From a virus (taxonomy: Duplodnaviria > Caudoviricetes), in IMG/VR virus record IMGVR_UViG_3300010346_000241, positions 32,001 to 96,000 of that record: a stretch of DNA of 64,000 nucleotides; one strand, written 5' to 3'. This document shows, in pieces, positions 40,694 through 49,917 of this stretch. Every line of letters starts with the position of its first letter. Within the stretch, counting starts at the first letter, position 1. Position numbers and translations under genes: made by a program. The notes beneath the pieces are model-generated. The model was given only the letters and a program-made list of their open reading frames with translations, was not told the DNA's origin and did not search any database.

Positions 40694-41395
40694 GTGGCTT
40701 CTTTCAAACAAATGCAGAAGCAATACCAAGCCAAATATGGTGACATTCCACTCGACTATAAAGAGAGATTAGAGTGGATGTATGATCAATATAAGATAGA
40801 TGATCAACTTGCTAAGCAGATTCTCTCTGAGAAAGCTAGACGAATGGAGAATCTGTACTATAATCGGATATCATTTGTACTGTATATGGTACCAGAAGGT
40901 GCTAAACGTCCTAGATATAGGCTAATCAACAGATCTAACATCACAGAGTTCGCTAAGAGCTCTGACTTTATTCATGTGTACTCCCCTGGAGCTTCACAGA
41001 ATAATGCGTACATGAGAAGAGTAGTAGATTCTGGAGAGCTAGATGAGCTCAATCAGATCATCTGTACACCATGCGATGTAACGTATAGAGCTTATTTCCC
41101 AACTCCTAGCTACTATAACAGAGTAGAAAAGTTCATTGCAGAAATAGGGTTAGATCGTCATATCTATAAACCAGACTTCGACAACATTGCTAAGCTATAT
41201 GCAGACATGTACAATGCGAATGTATGGATCGACGATATGCTCACTATAAGAGGATTAGTTGAAAAGTACTACTCTATTCTCCCTAGAGTAGAAATAGACC
41301 TCCTCTATATGAATGCAGTATATAACAAGCATCAATACAAGAGCATCACTGCTCGTAAAGACTTTATGGAAGGAATGAATTTGACTTATGTATGA
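40694..41395 (+). CDS. RusA-like Holliday junction resolvase
   Basis: Motifs PEGAKRPR, KPDFDNIAK-x3-D, VWIDD, KYYS and PRVEI. Probable GTG start at 40694 after AAAGGCGGTG. Confidence 0.8.
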   Translation: MASFKQMQKQYQAKYGDIPLDYKERLEWMYDQYKIDDQLAKQILSEKARRMENLYYNRISFVLYMVPEGAKRPRYRLINRSNITEFAKSSDFIHVYSPGASQNNAYMRRVVDSGELDELNQIICTPCDVTYRAYFPTPSYYNRVEKFIAEIGLDRHIYKPDFDNIAKLYADMYNANVWIDDMLTIRGLVEKYYSILPRVEIDLLYMNAVYNKHQYKSITARKDFMEGMNLTYV

Positions 41396-41747
41396 TAAGA
41401 AACTGAGTGAAGATATAGATAAGATGACTTACGGAAGAGTACATCTCTGGGATAAGCTGTATTGTGATGAGAAGTGTGGTAAGGATTTCGCAGAGATACT
41501 TAATAAACGCTTCGAAGCAGATATACGACAGGACACTGCTACTAGTACTTATACCTTCGAACTTGATACAAGACTTGATATAAATCTGGTATTGGAGACT
41601 GTTAAGGAATGTGTAGTAGAAGCTATTGAGAGTATGCATAACAATAACGATATCACTGACGAAGAGTATAATGACTTCAAGTCATTAGAAGACAATCTTT
41701 TCATAATCACTACACGAATCGAAAAGAGATACTTCATAAAGGTATAA
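41388..41747 (+). CDS. hypothetical protein
   Basis: 119-aa ORF overlapping the resolvase stop. Confidence 0.55.
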   Translation: MYDKKLSEDIDKMTYGRVHLWDKLYCDEKCGKDFAEILNKRFEADIRQDTATSTYTFELDTRLDINLVLETVKECVVEAIESMHNNNDITDEEYNDFKSLEDNLFIITTRIEKRYFIKV

Positions 41748-41751
41748 GAAA

Positions 41752-41775
41752 GTGGGTAGGGAAATCCCTACCCAC
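41752..41775. terminator. hairpin between convergent genes
   Basis: GTGGGTAGGGA-AA-TCCCTACCCAC. Confidence 0.7.
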
Positions 41776-41780
41776 CCTTA

Positions 41781-42710
41781 TTAACCTTCTTTAAGATCAG
41801 CAATGAGCTTCTCGATGTAAGACTCATCAATCTTAATAAGTTTCAGTGTGTTGAGTGTCTCGAGGAATGTATACATAACCTCGCAGTGCTCAACTACTGC
41901 ATCCATATTCAGACTGGAATTCTCGATGAAGATCTTCTTAGCATCTTCGTTCTTGAATGCAGACTCAGATACAGAGTATACCATAGCTTCGAAGACTCCC
42001 TTAGTCTTGCCAGCTCTGATGTCTGTAATCTTTCTCTTAGCGTTCATCGCATAAGCTTCCTTAAGGTTCTCATCCTTGTCATTCTTCTCGATCTTCTTCT
42101 TAGTAGAGTCGAGAATAGACTTGATCTGTTCCTTAGCAGCATTGTTGGAATCGATGAACTCTGCCGTAGCACTCTTAACCTTAGTTCTGATAGCTGTGAT
42201 AGCGGAGTCAGCGTTAACTTTATCGATATCCTTGAAGAACTTCTTCTTCTGGTCATCCTTTATCTTCAGAGTAGCCTGATTCTTGGGATCAGCCTTCTCA
42301 CAGATAGAGTCGATATTGTTCTGAATGATGTAAGCAAACTCGCTCATGATATAAGAAGTGCCTCTCCACTTTCTAAGAAGATTCTGAGAACCGTTCTCAT
42401 TCACGAAATTTGTAGAGAGTACTCTGAGAAGGTCTTTGTTATAACCATTCTCAAGTATCATAGAGTCAGTACAGCTTGCTGCAAGGCAGTATACAGTTTC
42501 TGCTACGAGAGTATCTGTAACTTCCTGCTTGAATCTACCGTATGCTGCTGCAGCTTCGTCATTTGCGTAGCGGCGAGCATAGTAGTTCTCTCTGTCAGAC
42601 TGTTCAAGGATTGCTTTAGCCTTAAGTCTTTCACTAGGTATAGCTGCTTCCTTAACAGCTCTTTCCTTATATGCTAAAGCTTCCTGTATTTCGGTCTCTC
42701 TATAGTTCAT
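41781..42710 (-). CDS. putative head/virion structural protein
   Basis: 309 aa, helical. Late motif AACT-N6-TA at 42739-42750; IQE/ILE sites. Confidence 0.55.
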   Translation of the reverse strand: MNYRETEIQEALAYKERAVKEAAIPSERLKAKAILEQSDRENYYARRYANDEAAAAYGRFKQEVTDTLVAETVYCLAASCTDSMILENGYNKDLLRVLSTNFVNENGSQNLLRKWRGTSYIMSEFAYIIQNNIDSICEKADPKNQATLKIKDDQKKKFFKDIDKVNADSAITAIRTKVKSATAEFIDSNNAAKEQIKSILDSTKKKIEKNDKDENLKEAYAMNAKRKITDIRAGKTKGVFEAMVYSVSESAFKNEDAKKIFIENSSLNMDAVVEHCEVMYTFLETLNTLKLIKIDESYIEKLIADLKEG

Positions 42711-42752
42711 TAGTTTTACCTCCTTCTAGGTATAGTTTTATTATAAAGTTCA

Positions 42753-45700
42753 TTACGAAACTATCTCGATACTGATGAATGAAGTACCAGTACTGTCGTC
42801 AGTATTGACATTGAGGAACTCTGGGACTATATTGAGCAGCTCCATATTCTCATCCGTAATGATATGCTGCATTGTAGCATTGTACTTGTTGAAACCAACG
42901 TACTCAAAGAATACGATATACTGAGAGAACTTAGACTCGATCTCTGTAGTGAGGTTCGGGAAGTGGATGTCATTAAGCTCTTCGATATTCTCGATGTATG
43001 TCTTGATAGTATCTTTGATCTGAGGAATGATAGTAGCAGCGTCGTTGTCTTCATTATAGAACTTAGTTCTAAATGTGAGTGAGAGAGCAACATTGTCGAT
43101 AGCTTCTTCAGATTTTATACCGCCCTCGGTAGTGTAGTACATATTACTTGGACCATAAGTATTGAAGAACTTGTAGTCAAGACCGAATGTAGTCTCTAAG
43201 GGCTCTATGGCATCAAGCACATAAAGTATCTTTCTCTTCATCTCTCTGATGAAGTCTCTGATCTTGTACTCTTCGTTGAGATAGAAGTATCTGATGCAGG
43301 GAATTCTATTGATGATATAGCCATAGTTATGTCTCTTATTATCCGATTCATCGTATATGTCTTCTCCAAGGTCTGCCATATGTACATATGAGTTCATGAG
43401 ATTGGAGTAGTTATACATGAGATTGATTCCATCGCTGCTGTCGTACACATTAGTCAGAACCATATCCTGCATGAGATATGTCTCTACAGGATCGTCTTCT
43501 CCCTGATTCTCATAGAACTGGAAGTCAGGAGGTATGATATCCTTAAGAGGAGTTCCTACTATAGAAACTATGCTCTCATCAAGTCCAGTACCATAGAAGT
43601 AGCTCTGAGTGAGCTCATCCATCAGCTTACCAGGATTGCCGTCATGAGGAGTATAATTTGCATACTTGTAGAGTGTATAGATTCTCATATGAGTATTGAG
43701 ATCCATACGAATACCAAGATCGTCTATGACATCATCCGTATGAGGTCTATATCCGAAGTTAGTACATCTATAGAGTTCGAGAGTTGCTTGAGCGAGTTCT
43801 CTAGCAAGCTCTTCCTTTCTAGGAGTTCCAGCAGGTTCTGCATCGTATTCAGCCTGTTTTGCGTTTCTCTTAGCAGTAAGAGTATCTAAGTAAGGATTCT
43901 GTCTTCCTATATAGAGACGATCGTTCTGATCGATTATTATATGATCAGTCTCACTAGTTCTTTCCTTAAAGGGTTTAGTGTAGAGATAGAATCTGTATGT
44001 ATCTACAGATCCACTTGAAGATATACGTTCACCTACTGACCAACAGATAGGATTCTTCATATCATCATCTCTGTAGTATACTGCTACTACCTGAGTACGC
44101 TTCTGGATCTCTTCAGTTAGCTCACCGCCGATATTTGGAGTGATATCAACGTCGATAGTATATCTATAGCGATTATAAGAAATCCATGATGGTCTTATGA
44201 CTTTGGTATATGATGCGATATACTGGAAAGGTGAACGAGTATTGATATGAGTGTAGTCAAGATAACGAGTCTCATTGATCATATCAAGATAGAATGAAGC
44301 ATCTACTCTATGTGATCCAGCAACTGCGCTGTCTCTAAGAAGAATATTCAATGGTGATGTATATACGAAGTCTGTAAGAGGCTGAATGGCTATGATGTCA
44401 TTTGTATCCAGAGGTCTACCATGAGACTGTCCTGCAGAAGGAGGCGGGAAGTTGAATGTGTGCTGCATGAAACTGAGATTGGTTTCGTCTATATCATCCA
44501 TAGGCTTAAGATAAAGCATAGTGATACTGTTTATAGAACCAAATCCATTAGTATACGATCTCGATACTCCAACTACTTCTCCTATGTACCAGTAGTTATC
44601 GTCAGCAAGGGAATCATATACATCGTTTCCATTATAGACACAGAATCTGATATGGCTACCCTGTACAAGATCCTGAGTATACATTGGACTATAGCGAGCA
44701 TTATATTTGTATGTCTCATAAGCATATATGATAAAGCTAGCTGTTCTTACGACTGGAAAACTCCAAGTGTTTACATAAGGAATAATAAACATAACTTCCT
44801 CTAACTCACCGTTATCGTTCTTAGCACATACTACAAGCTTAAGTTGTGCGAACTGTGTAGAGTCCGTCCAGTCTGAAGGTTTGTAATTGTCCCTGGTATC
44901 GTCGCTACTGTCACCATAGTAGCCAAAGGATACTACAGTTCCTTCATAGCTATCCTGTAAGCGGAAATTGTTCTCTTGCGTGTATATGTCAGATGGAGTG
45001 AATCTGATCACTTGACCAGGTTCGAAAGGATATACATCAGGATAGTATATGCTAAGCTGATCTTTAACGAACTTGGTGAAGTTATTATCGAAGAGAGCTG
45101 CTCCTTGTCTGAACTCATTGATAGCCGTTGCTCTGATACCATCGCTATAGCCATCACCAGTTCTAGCCCATTCACTTGGAGTATTCTGCTCTCTAAGTCT
45201 TCCTACAACTTGAACATTGGTTATATCGATTGCGTCGTTAGAACCAGTATAGCCAATAAAGTTCTTTCTCATGTAGGAAATGCCCATATTCTTATTCTTG
45301 TAGAAGTATATAGGCTGACCTGCTTCCACATACATATCTCCAACTGTCTCGTCAGTATGCATCGGAGGAAGTGGCTCATATATAGGTATAGTGTTAGTAG
45401 GAATAACGTTATTCAGTTCGTCCTTCATCAGCTGATAGGTGTAGTATATACGTCTAAGAGTATTGTCTTCCTTTCTGAAGATGTGAAGAACTGAGTCTTC
45501 ACTGTTGATAGAATTAAAGTAGTTCTTAAGATCAGTAACAGTCGTTACACTACCTCTACTGAGAGCTTCCTTAGGAATGATCTTCTGAAGTTCTGGTACA
45601 CTCTTACGGTCTATACCACCATAAGAACCCTCATCTCCACGCTGCTTAACTGTCATGTAGAGATTAGTATAATTATCTGAAGAGAGACGAACAGTAATGT

Positions 45701-46742
45701 CGTCTTCGTAGTTGAAGTTTCCTCCAGCACCCTGAGAGGTCCATACAGTGATAACTACATTAGCATTCGTTCTAGGCTGATAAGACTCGGGGTCGAATCT
45801 TATACGGATAGTGTTAGAGTTGATGTACTGATAGTAACAGTACTTCTCTTCCTGAACTGCCGTAGTTCCAGTAATTCCTGTATGACTCTGTACAATGAGA
45901 TCATTCAGAAGAGCTCTGGATTCATCATAGTTTCTTGTAGTGTATGGATTATGATAGAGACCGTCATAGTATGGAACAAGATTGATAGGAGTATCGTTAT
46001 TGTTCTCAAATACTGTGACTGTGAAGTGACTAAGCTGATTCTCGAATGTGAAGTTAAGTGTCTTGTTCGCAAGGTTATCATTACCGACTATCTTGTTCTC
46101 TATAGTATGATACTCAACCTGATGGATAGTGGTTGTTACCACTATCATATTGTCTGTCTCATCTGCGTAGACTCCTATCGGAGGGAGATATGCATTGTTT
46201 ATAGGAGACTCAGTGTTCATGATGCTCATATCATAGACAGCAGTATAGACATAGTCCATAGTTCTGCTACCCATAGTAGATGAGTCAAGCTTAGTCTTGT
46301 TGATTACAATATCATAGTCTGTATGGAACTCGATATCGTCAAAGTATATCGGAGTAGAAGCCTTCAGAATAAACTTGTCGTTGACCATGTTATTGAGAAG
46401 AGCTTTCTCTGGGAAGATGAGCAATACTTTCATAGAAGCCGCTGTAGCTTGTACCTTCTTGATACCAAGAGATAAAGCGTGAGTGATAACGTTTCTATCA
46501 AACTTAGCTCTTGTAGGGATAGCTTCGTTTGCTAACTCAGATGCTACGACTATAGCGTTCTGAAGCAGAGACGCAAACTCGTATCCAAGATATCCATACA
46601 TACCAACCTGTAGTGTTTCGGTTGGGTTATCGACACCGTCAATGGTAGTTTTCTTAATGTCATCCACGAATGCTGTAAGGTCATAGATGTCCGAATTAAG
46701 AATCTTGTCAGCAGTATTCTGTACTGGTATTTTAACTGACAT
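42753..46742 (-). CDS. baseplate wedge protein (T4 gp6/baseplate J-like) with large insertions
   Basis: Motifs NEAIPTRAKFDRNV...HA...G, TSQGAGGNF and GGIDRKSVPELQK...ALSRGSVTTVTDLKNYF, typical of gp6/J-like proteins. Confidence 0.75.
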   Translation of the reverse strand: MSVKIPVQNTADKILNSDIYDLTAFVDDIKKTTIDGVDNPTETLQVGMYGYLGYEFASLLQNAIVVASELANEAIPTRAKFDRNVITHALSLGIKKVQATAASMKVLLIFPEKALLNNMVNDKFILKASTPIYFDDIEFHTDYDIVINKTKLDSSTMGSRTMDYVYTAVYDMSIMNTESPINNAYLPPIGVYADETDNMIVVTTTIHQVEYHTIENKIVGNDNLANKTLNFTFENQLSHFTVTVFENNNDTPINLVPYYDGLYHNPYTTRNYDESRALLNDLIVQSHTGITGTTAVQEEKYCYYQYINSNTIRIRFDPESYQPRTNANVVITVWTSQGAGGNFNYEDDITVRLSSDNYTNLYMTVKQRGDEGSYGGIDRKSVPELQKIIPKEALSRGSVTTVTDLKNYFNSINSEDSVLHIFRKEDNTLRRIYYTYQLMKDELNNVIPTNTIPIYEPLPPMHTDETVGDMYVEAGQPIYFYKNKNMGISYMRKNFIGYTGSNDAIDITNVQVVGRLREQNTPSEWARTGDGYSDGIRATAINEFRQGAALFDNNFTKFVKDQLSIYYPDVYPFEPGQVIRFTPSDIYTQENNFRLQDSYEGTVVSFGYYGDSSDDTRDNYKPSDWTDSTQFAQLKLVVCAKNDNGELEEVMFIIPYVNTWSFPVVRTASFIIYAYETYKYNARYSPMYTQDLVQGSHIRFCVYNGNDVYDSLADDNYWYIGEVVGVSRSYTNGFGSINSITMLYLKPMDDIDETNLSFMQHTFNFPPPSAGQSHGRPLDTNDIIAIQPLTDFVYTSPLNILLRDSAVAGSHRVDASFYLDMINETRYLDYTHINTRSPFQYIASYTKVIRPSWISYNRYRYTIDVDITPNIGGELTEEIQKRTQVVAVYYRDDDMKNPICWSVGERISSSGSVDTYRFYLYTKPFKERTSETDHIIIDQNDRLYIGRQNPYLDTLTAKRNAKQAEYDAEPAGTPRKEELARELAQATLELYRCTNFGYRPHTDDVIDDLGIRMDLNTHMRIYTLYKYANYTPHDGNPGKLMDELTQSYFYGTGLDESIVSIVGTPLKDIIPPDFQFYENQGEDDPVETYLMQDMVLTNVYDSSDGINLMYNYSNLMNSYVHMADLGEDIYDESDNKRHNYGYIINRIPCIRYFYLNEEYKIRDFIREMKRKILYVLDAIEPLETTFGLDYKFFNTYGPSNMYYTTEGGIKSEEAIDNVALSLTFRTKFYNEDNDAATIIPQIKDTIKTYIENIEELNDIHFPNLTTEIESKFSQYIVFFEYVGFNKYNATMQHIITDENMELLNIVPEFLNVNTDDSTGTSFISIEIVS

Positions 46743-46762
46743 AAGTGTCCTCCTTTCCAGTA

Positions 46763-48007
46763 TTAACTGTTATAGTTATAGATCCATGTAAGTCTATAGA
46801 ACTGTTCCTCATCAGGTGCTCCCTTTCTAGCAGCACCTTTATCCTTAACAATGTATGGGAATCCTCCCCATCTTGTGTCTGCAGATCCAGTATAGCGATT
46901 ATACAATGGCATGATTCCATCAGTGATACCTGTGCCACCGCTATTACCATCATAATACGACATCCGTGTTATACGATTCAGTTCATCAAGTATGATAGGA
47001 TCCATATCACAAACGAACTGTGCTTTCATAGGAACAGTAATCTTTATAGTACCATCAAAGTTACTCATAGCTTCTCTTGGTACGCCCATAGGATATACTC
47101 CAGTAGCTTTACCATAGAAGATGATAGTGTTAGTTTCATCTACGATAAGCTTATAGATAGAAAACTGTTTACAGTTTACTCTATCAGTAATATATGAAAG
47201 TTTAGGCGGTGTAATGTTTCTATAAAACTCTTGTCTACAGTATTCATCATATGCCTTAAACAACATGTACACATCAAGATATCTGGTATCCCAGAATTCA
47301 AGAGAGAAATCGAAACCAAAGTCTGACTGCTCTGAGCTATCTCTATAGGTTGTCTTCACTTGGAAGAGTGAAGTATTGTTCTCTGTCTCTGTAGCTGCTA
47401 TTGCAGGGAGATCGAGAGAACTAGTTACATGGTTAGAAAGAAGAGGTATAAACTTAGATGCTGGGTCGAAATGGTGAGGGTAGAGACCACTACCTCTCTT
47501 CAAAGTCTGCTGTAATGCTAATAGACTCATAGGATACTGTTCTATAGCATTCTTAAAGAATGTGACGTCCTTAAGCTGCTTGTTGATCTCAAAGCCATTA
47601 GTACTAAAGATATGAAGATCTGGCTTTGTGAAGAACAGATACTCTCTAGAACCAGAATGGTTATGAGCTATATCCAGAACTCCATACCTAGCAAAGCTAT
47701 TGAATCTCAGATTGTTCAACTGCTCTGGAGACTTGATGTTTGCACTATTGATGATTGCTTGCATAGTAGCTTCATCAATATCAAATGCCTTGGCATCAAA
47801 TGGGACAGATCTTTCTTTAAGAGTTTCTCTCCACATTCTATCCTTATGAGACATAAGACTATTTGCAGCAGTTGCTATAGTATCTACTGTACTAGCAGCT
47901 ACCTTATCTGAATTGTTTCCAGTGTTGTTCATTCTCTGGGAGTTAGTATAGTCTGGATCAGAGTTAGGACCAGGCACATTACTATTATCGAACATACTAT
48001 CTGCCAT
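46763..48007 (-). CDS. putative tail-tube-like virion protein
   Basis: Motifs YLFFTKPDL, LLSNHVTSSLDLP, FSLEFWDT and GVYPMGVP resemble the tube-protein fold. Late motif at 48035-48046. Confidence 0.5.
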   Translation of the reverse strand: MADSMFDNSNVPGPNSDPDYTNSQRMNNTGNNSDKVAASTVDTIATAANSLMSHKDRMWRETLKERSVPFDAKAFDIDEATMQAIINSANIKSPEQLNNLRFNSFARYGVLDIAHNHSGSREYLFFTKPDLHIFSTNGFEINKQLKDVTFFKNAIEQYPMSLLALQQTLKRGSGLYPHHFDPASKFIPLLSNHVTSSLDLPAIAATETENNTSLFQVKTTYRDSSEQSDFGFDFSLEFWDTRYLDVYMLFKAYDEYCRQEFYRNITPPKLSYITDRVNCKQFSIYKLIVDETNTIIFYGKATGVYPMGVPREAMSNFDGTIKITVPMKAQFVCDMDPIILDELNRITRMSYYDGNSGGTGITDGIMPLYNRYTGSADTRWGGFPYIVKDKGAARKGAPDEEQFYRLTWIYNYNS

Positions 48008-48034
48008 GCGTAATCCTCCTTTCTTGGGATCAAT

Positions 48035-48046
48035 TATAGAGATGTT
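48035..48046 (-). promoter_or_regulatory. late promoter motif AACA-N6-TA
   Basis: Minus strand AACATCTCTATA. Confidence 0.7.
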
Positions 48047-48167
48047 CCACCCTCCAATTTTGTTCTCAGTTGTATAGTATAGGTGTGTCTATGTACAAAT
48101 AATATGATGAATCTCCACGTTCAAACATAGGTCAATCGCATTCAACTAACGAACGGAGGTTTTCATC

Positions 48168-48500
48168 ATGAACGGAAAAGACGAACAGTTATTAGCCGAC
48201 TACTATCAAGAAGTTGAGCAAAGACAAAACGATGCTATGTTTGCTTCTATGGCACATCATCTTGGAGAGGCTTTAAGAGGAGCAGGCAATGGCAACTATA
48301 ACCCAATAGTAGAGAGAGCTCTACTGGACTTACAATGTGATATTAGAGTAATAAAAGAAGAGCTGTGTAAACTTACTGGTCGAGTTGACAGGATAGAGCA
48401 GAAGCAACTCTTCAATGTCATCGAGAGAAAGCCTACTAACGAAACCAACTATAGCACAATAAGAACAGAGTCTAGTGGTGGAGTATTGGTAGAACTTTGA
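48168..48500 (+). CDS. hypothetical coiled-coil protein, stand-alone transcription unit
   Basis: GGAGG RBS, early-type motif at 48069-48083, terminator at 48514-48550. Confidence 0.6.
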   Translation: MNGKDEQLLADYYQEVEQRQNDAMFASMAHHLGEALRGAGNGNYNPIVERALLDLQCDIRVIKEELCKLTGRVDRIEQKQLFNVIERKPTNETNYSTIRTESSGGVLVEL

Positions 48501-48513
48501 TTCTTTCGATGAT

Positions 48514-48550
48514 AAGAAACAGATGAAGGCGTCTCATCTGTTTCTTTTTT
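48514..48550 (+). terminator. intrinsic terminator
   Basis: AAGAAACAGATGA-AGGCGTC-TCATCTGTTTCTT followed by TTTT. Confidence 0.75.
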
Positions 48551-48573
48551 GGTCTGATACGCTAAACCAATGA

Positions 48574-48585
48574 AACATCACTATA
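48574..48585 (+). promoter_or_regulatory. late promoter motif AACA-N6-TA
   Basis: AACATCACTATA. Confidence 0.7.
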
Positions 48586-48612
48586 AAAATACTAGGCAAG
48601 GAGGTAATATAC

Positions 48613-49902
48613 TTGAACGGTAGAGAATACTTTCACGAATCTGTAGTGAGAGATATCGTAGACATCGTGACAAGCATGAAGGACTATGATGAAGTTCAGT
48701 TCTATCTGAGCAATATCAATCGTCGTTCATTCAAGTCCGTTGCATCTGCTACAAAAGATCTCATATTAACATTCCCTATGCTGGCTTCAGCTGACCTCGA
48801 CCCTGATTCAGTAGCTATGGCTGCTAAAGCTCATGAGAAGAAGTGTGCTGCTATGCTGCACGTTCTTTTCACTGCTATCTGTGTTGGAGAGAATGAAGAT
48901 GTGTATGACTATGTAAGAAAGTTCCACAGCAATCTCGGAACTCTTGATGCTACACTCGATGACTATTCGGATGCTCTCGACAGACTCGTGCTCAAGTTCG
49001 ACGAGAACGCAAACACACTTAAGATAGACAAGAATCTTATCAACGCTGTGCTTGAGGATCTCAAAGAATCAAACTATACACTTCCCGACGATATCAATGA
49101 GTCGGCAATCTCAGACTACAAGATCGTTCCTGGCTATAGAACTGGAATGAAAGAAATGGTAGTTATGGAGGGTCCTAACCAGGATGCAGAGGCTAGAGCT
49201 AAGAGAGTTCTTGACTATACTGATATAGAGAATAAGCGTATGCTTAACTCTGAGTATAAGAAGGCTAATGAGCTCATGCCGACCATGATGGTAGTTAATT
49301 TCATCGGTAAGACTGAGGATGGTAAAACCTATACTCAGACTTGCACCATAGGAGTAAAGGTTAAGGTATATCCTGTTTCTACAGGTGATATCATCAACCG
49401 TGTTACTTCAAAGGTACAGGACCGAAATGTACTCAACAGCTTCATCAGAGCTACAACTAACGAGATAGCTTTCTTCCGTGACTTCATGTTCGCAGTCGAT
49501 AAGGCTAAGCTCGATGCTCTTTCTTACGGCAAGGACGCTACATCCAGCAAACTCTGGAAGGTTCTTGAGAGAAGAGCTGCAAAGTCTAAGTTCAGACGCA
49601 ATCTTAAGCAGTACAATGACGCTACTGCTATCACTGCTCTCTGTATCTCAGACAACGTTGCTAAGACAATGAAAGAAACATCTGGTATCGATATTCTGAA
49701 TGTATCGACTGCTAGAAAGATTCTTGATGCTTACAACTTCATTGCTATTATCGTACTCAATGAAGCAGTAGAAACTGCTTCGTTCCTCTACGACAGTGGC
49801 GACGACAACTATGAGAGACTTACATTCTCCAATATGGAGAGAGAAGCCTCTGACAATACGTATAAGAAGATGGTAAATCTTCTTACCAAAGTTTCTCGAT
49901 AA
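48613..49902 (+). CDS. putative virion (head) structural protein
   Basis: TTG start after AAGGAGG, late motif upstream, FHE/INE/VME sites. Confidence 0.55.
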   Translation: MNGREYFHESVVRDIVDIVTSMKDYDEVQFYLSNINRRSFKSVASATKDLILTFPMLASADLDPDSVAMAAKAHEKKCAAMLHVLFTAICVGENEDVYDYVRKFHSNLGTLDATLDDYSDALDRLVLKFDENANTLKIDKNLINAVLEDLKESNYTLPDDINESAISDYKIVPGYRTGMKEMVVMEGPNQDAEARAKRVLDYTDIENKRMLNSEYKKANELMPTMMVVNFIGKTEDGKTYTQTCTIGVKVKVYPVSTGDIINRVTSKVQDRNVLNSFIRATTNEIAFFRDFMFAVDKAKLDALSYGKDATSSKLWKVLERRAAKSKFRRNLKQYNDATAITALCISDNVAKTMKETSGIDILNVSTARKILDAYNFIAIIVLNEAVETASFLYDSGDDNYERLTFSNMEREASDNTYKKMVNLLTKVSR

Positions 49903-49917
49903 GGAGGTGTAATCCAT

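Noticed and set aside
46761-46771. Possible late promoter for the baseplate wedge gene
   Set aside because: The spacing is AACA-N5-TA and it overlaps the upstream stop; co-transcription from 48035 is simpler.
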